DNA of 17,398 nucleotides from a virus (Duplodnaviria; Heunggongvirae; Uroviricota; Caudoviricetes): IMG/VR virus record IMGVR_UViG_2778261177_000007, positions 1 to 17,398 of that record; one strand, 5' to 3'. Shown piece by piece: positions 16,632 to 17,398 of this stretch (position 1 is its first letter; each line of letters starts with the position of its first letter). The notes under the pieces were generated by a model. It saw only the letters and a program-made list of their open reading frames with translations, ran no database searches and was not told where the DNA came from. The position numbers and the translations under genes were made by a program.

Positions 16632-17398
16632 AGTATGTCTTCATCGAAAATCATCGGGCAGAGTTCAGCATCAAAGCGATGTGTCGTGTACTTCGGGTTG
16701 CCCGCAGCGGCTGGTATGTCTGGCTCAGGCGTCGTCACCAGATGAGCCTGCGCCAACAGTTTCGGCTCACCTGCGATGCCGCTGTCCATAAGGCATTCTT
16801 TGAGGCAAAGCAGCGATACGGTGCTCCCCGCCTTGCTGACGAACTGCCGGAGTTCAATATTAAAACCATTGCCGCCAGCCTGCGTCGTCAGGGGCTGCGG
16901 GCGAAAGCCAGCCGGAAGTTCAGCCCGGTCAGCTACCGTGCACATGGCCTGCCCGTATTGGAGAATCTGCTGGAGCAGGACTTCAGCGCCAGTGGCCCGA
17001 ACCAGAAGTGGGCGGGTGACATCACGTACTTGCGTACCGATGAGGGCTGGTTGTATCTCGCAGTAGTCATCGACCTGTGGTCACGCGCCGTCATTGGCTG
17101 GTCGATGTCACCGCGAATGACAGCACAACTGGCCTGTGATGCACTGCAAATGGCGTTGTGGCGGAGAAGACGCCCGGAAAGCGTCATTGTTCATACGGAC
17201 CGTGGTGGTCAATACTGTTCAGGGGATTATCAGGCAATGCTGAAGGTGGAATGTATCCACGGGGAACGCTTTAGCAGCCGGGAAATAATGCGGGCAACGG
17301 TGTTTAATTATATCGAGAGTGATTACAATCGCTGGCGTCGTCACAGTGCCTGTGGCGGTCTCAGCCCGGAACAATTTGAAAACCATAATCTCGCTTAG
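16628..17398 (+). CDS. IS3-family transposase OrfB, apparently carrying an in-frame internal deletion of the catalytic segment
   Basis: 256 aa versus about 288 aa expected; has WAGDITYL and HTDRGGQY but lacks the conserved CxDNAxxExFF block between DYQAMLK and VECIHGE. Confidence 0.8.

Larger units (their letters stand above)
16269..17398 (+). mobile_element. IS3-like insertion sequence (IS3 family), right end beyond the window
   Basis: Left end TGATCTTACCCACCAATAGTGGACACAGGACTAAGTGAGTAAACTCTCAACCAGAGGTGACTC closely matches the IS3 left terminus as I recall it; orfA/orfB overlap by ATGA. Confidence 0.85.

Noticed and set aside
16469-17187. ORFs 16469..16945 (-), 16776..17066 (+) and 16933..17187 (-) within the IS3-like element
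   Set aside because: Antisense or alternative frame to the IS3 orfA/orfB frames.

Overview
This window is the left arm and early region of a mosaic lambdoid prophage, probably from an Escherichia-like enterobacterium, and it ends in IS elements. Reading left to right: a tyrosine integrase and excisionase (minus strand), small early-left accessory genes, a block that I recognise from memory as near-identical to lambda exo-bet-gam (with only the short GamS frame intact), a non-lambda immunity region (S24-peptidase cI-like repressor, Cro/YdaS-like and YdaT-like genes, operator repeats, an intrinsic terminator, no N-like gene), then a chimeric replication protein O with its own ori iterons and a lambda-like P. 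Where lambda carries ren, there is instead a ~5.7 kb AT-flanked cargo island encoding a 1302-aa intimin/invasin-family inverse autotransporter adhesin (with a perfect in-frame 357-bp tandem duplication) convergent with a secreted esterase lipoprotein. This island is the most interesting candidate in the window. Downstream, a ninB-like gene is cut by an IS911-like element with no target-site duplication, followed by an IS3-like element whose orfB lacks the conserved catalytic segment. All homology calls are by eye and recall, not database search.
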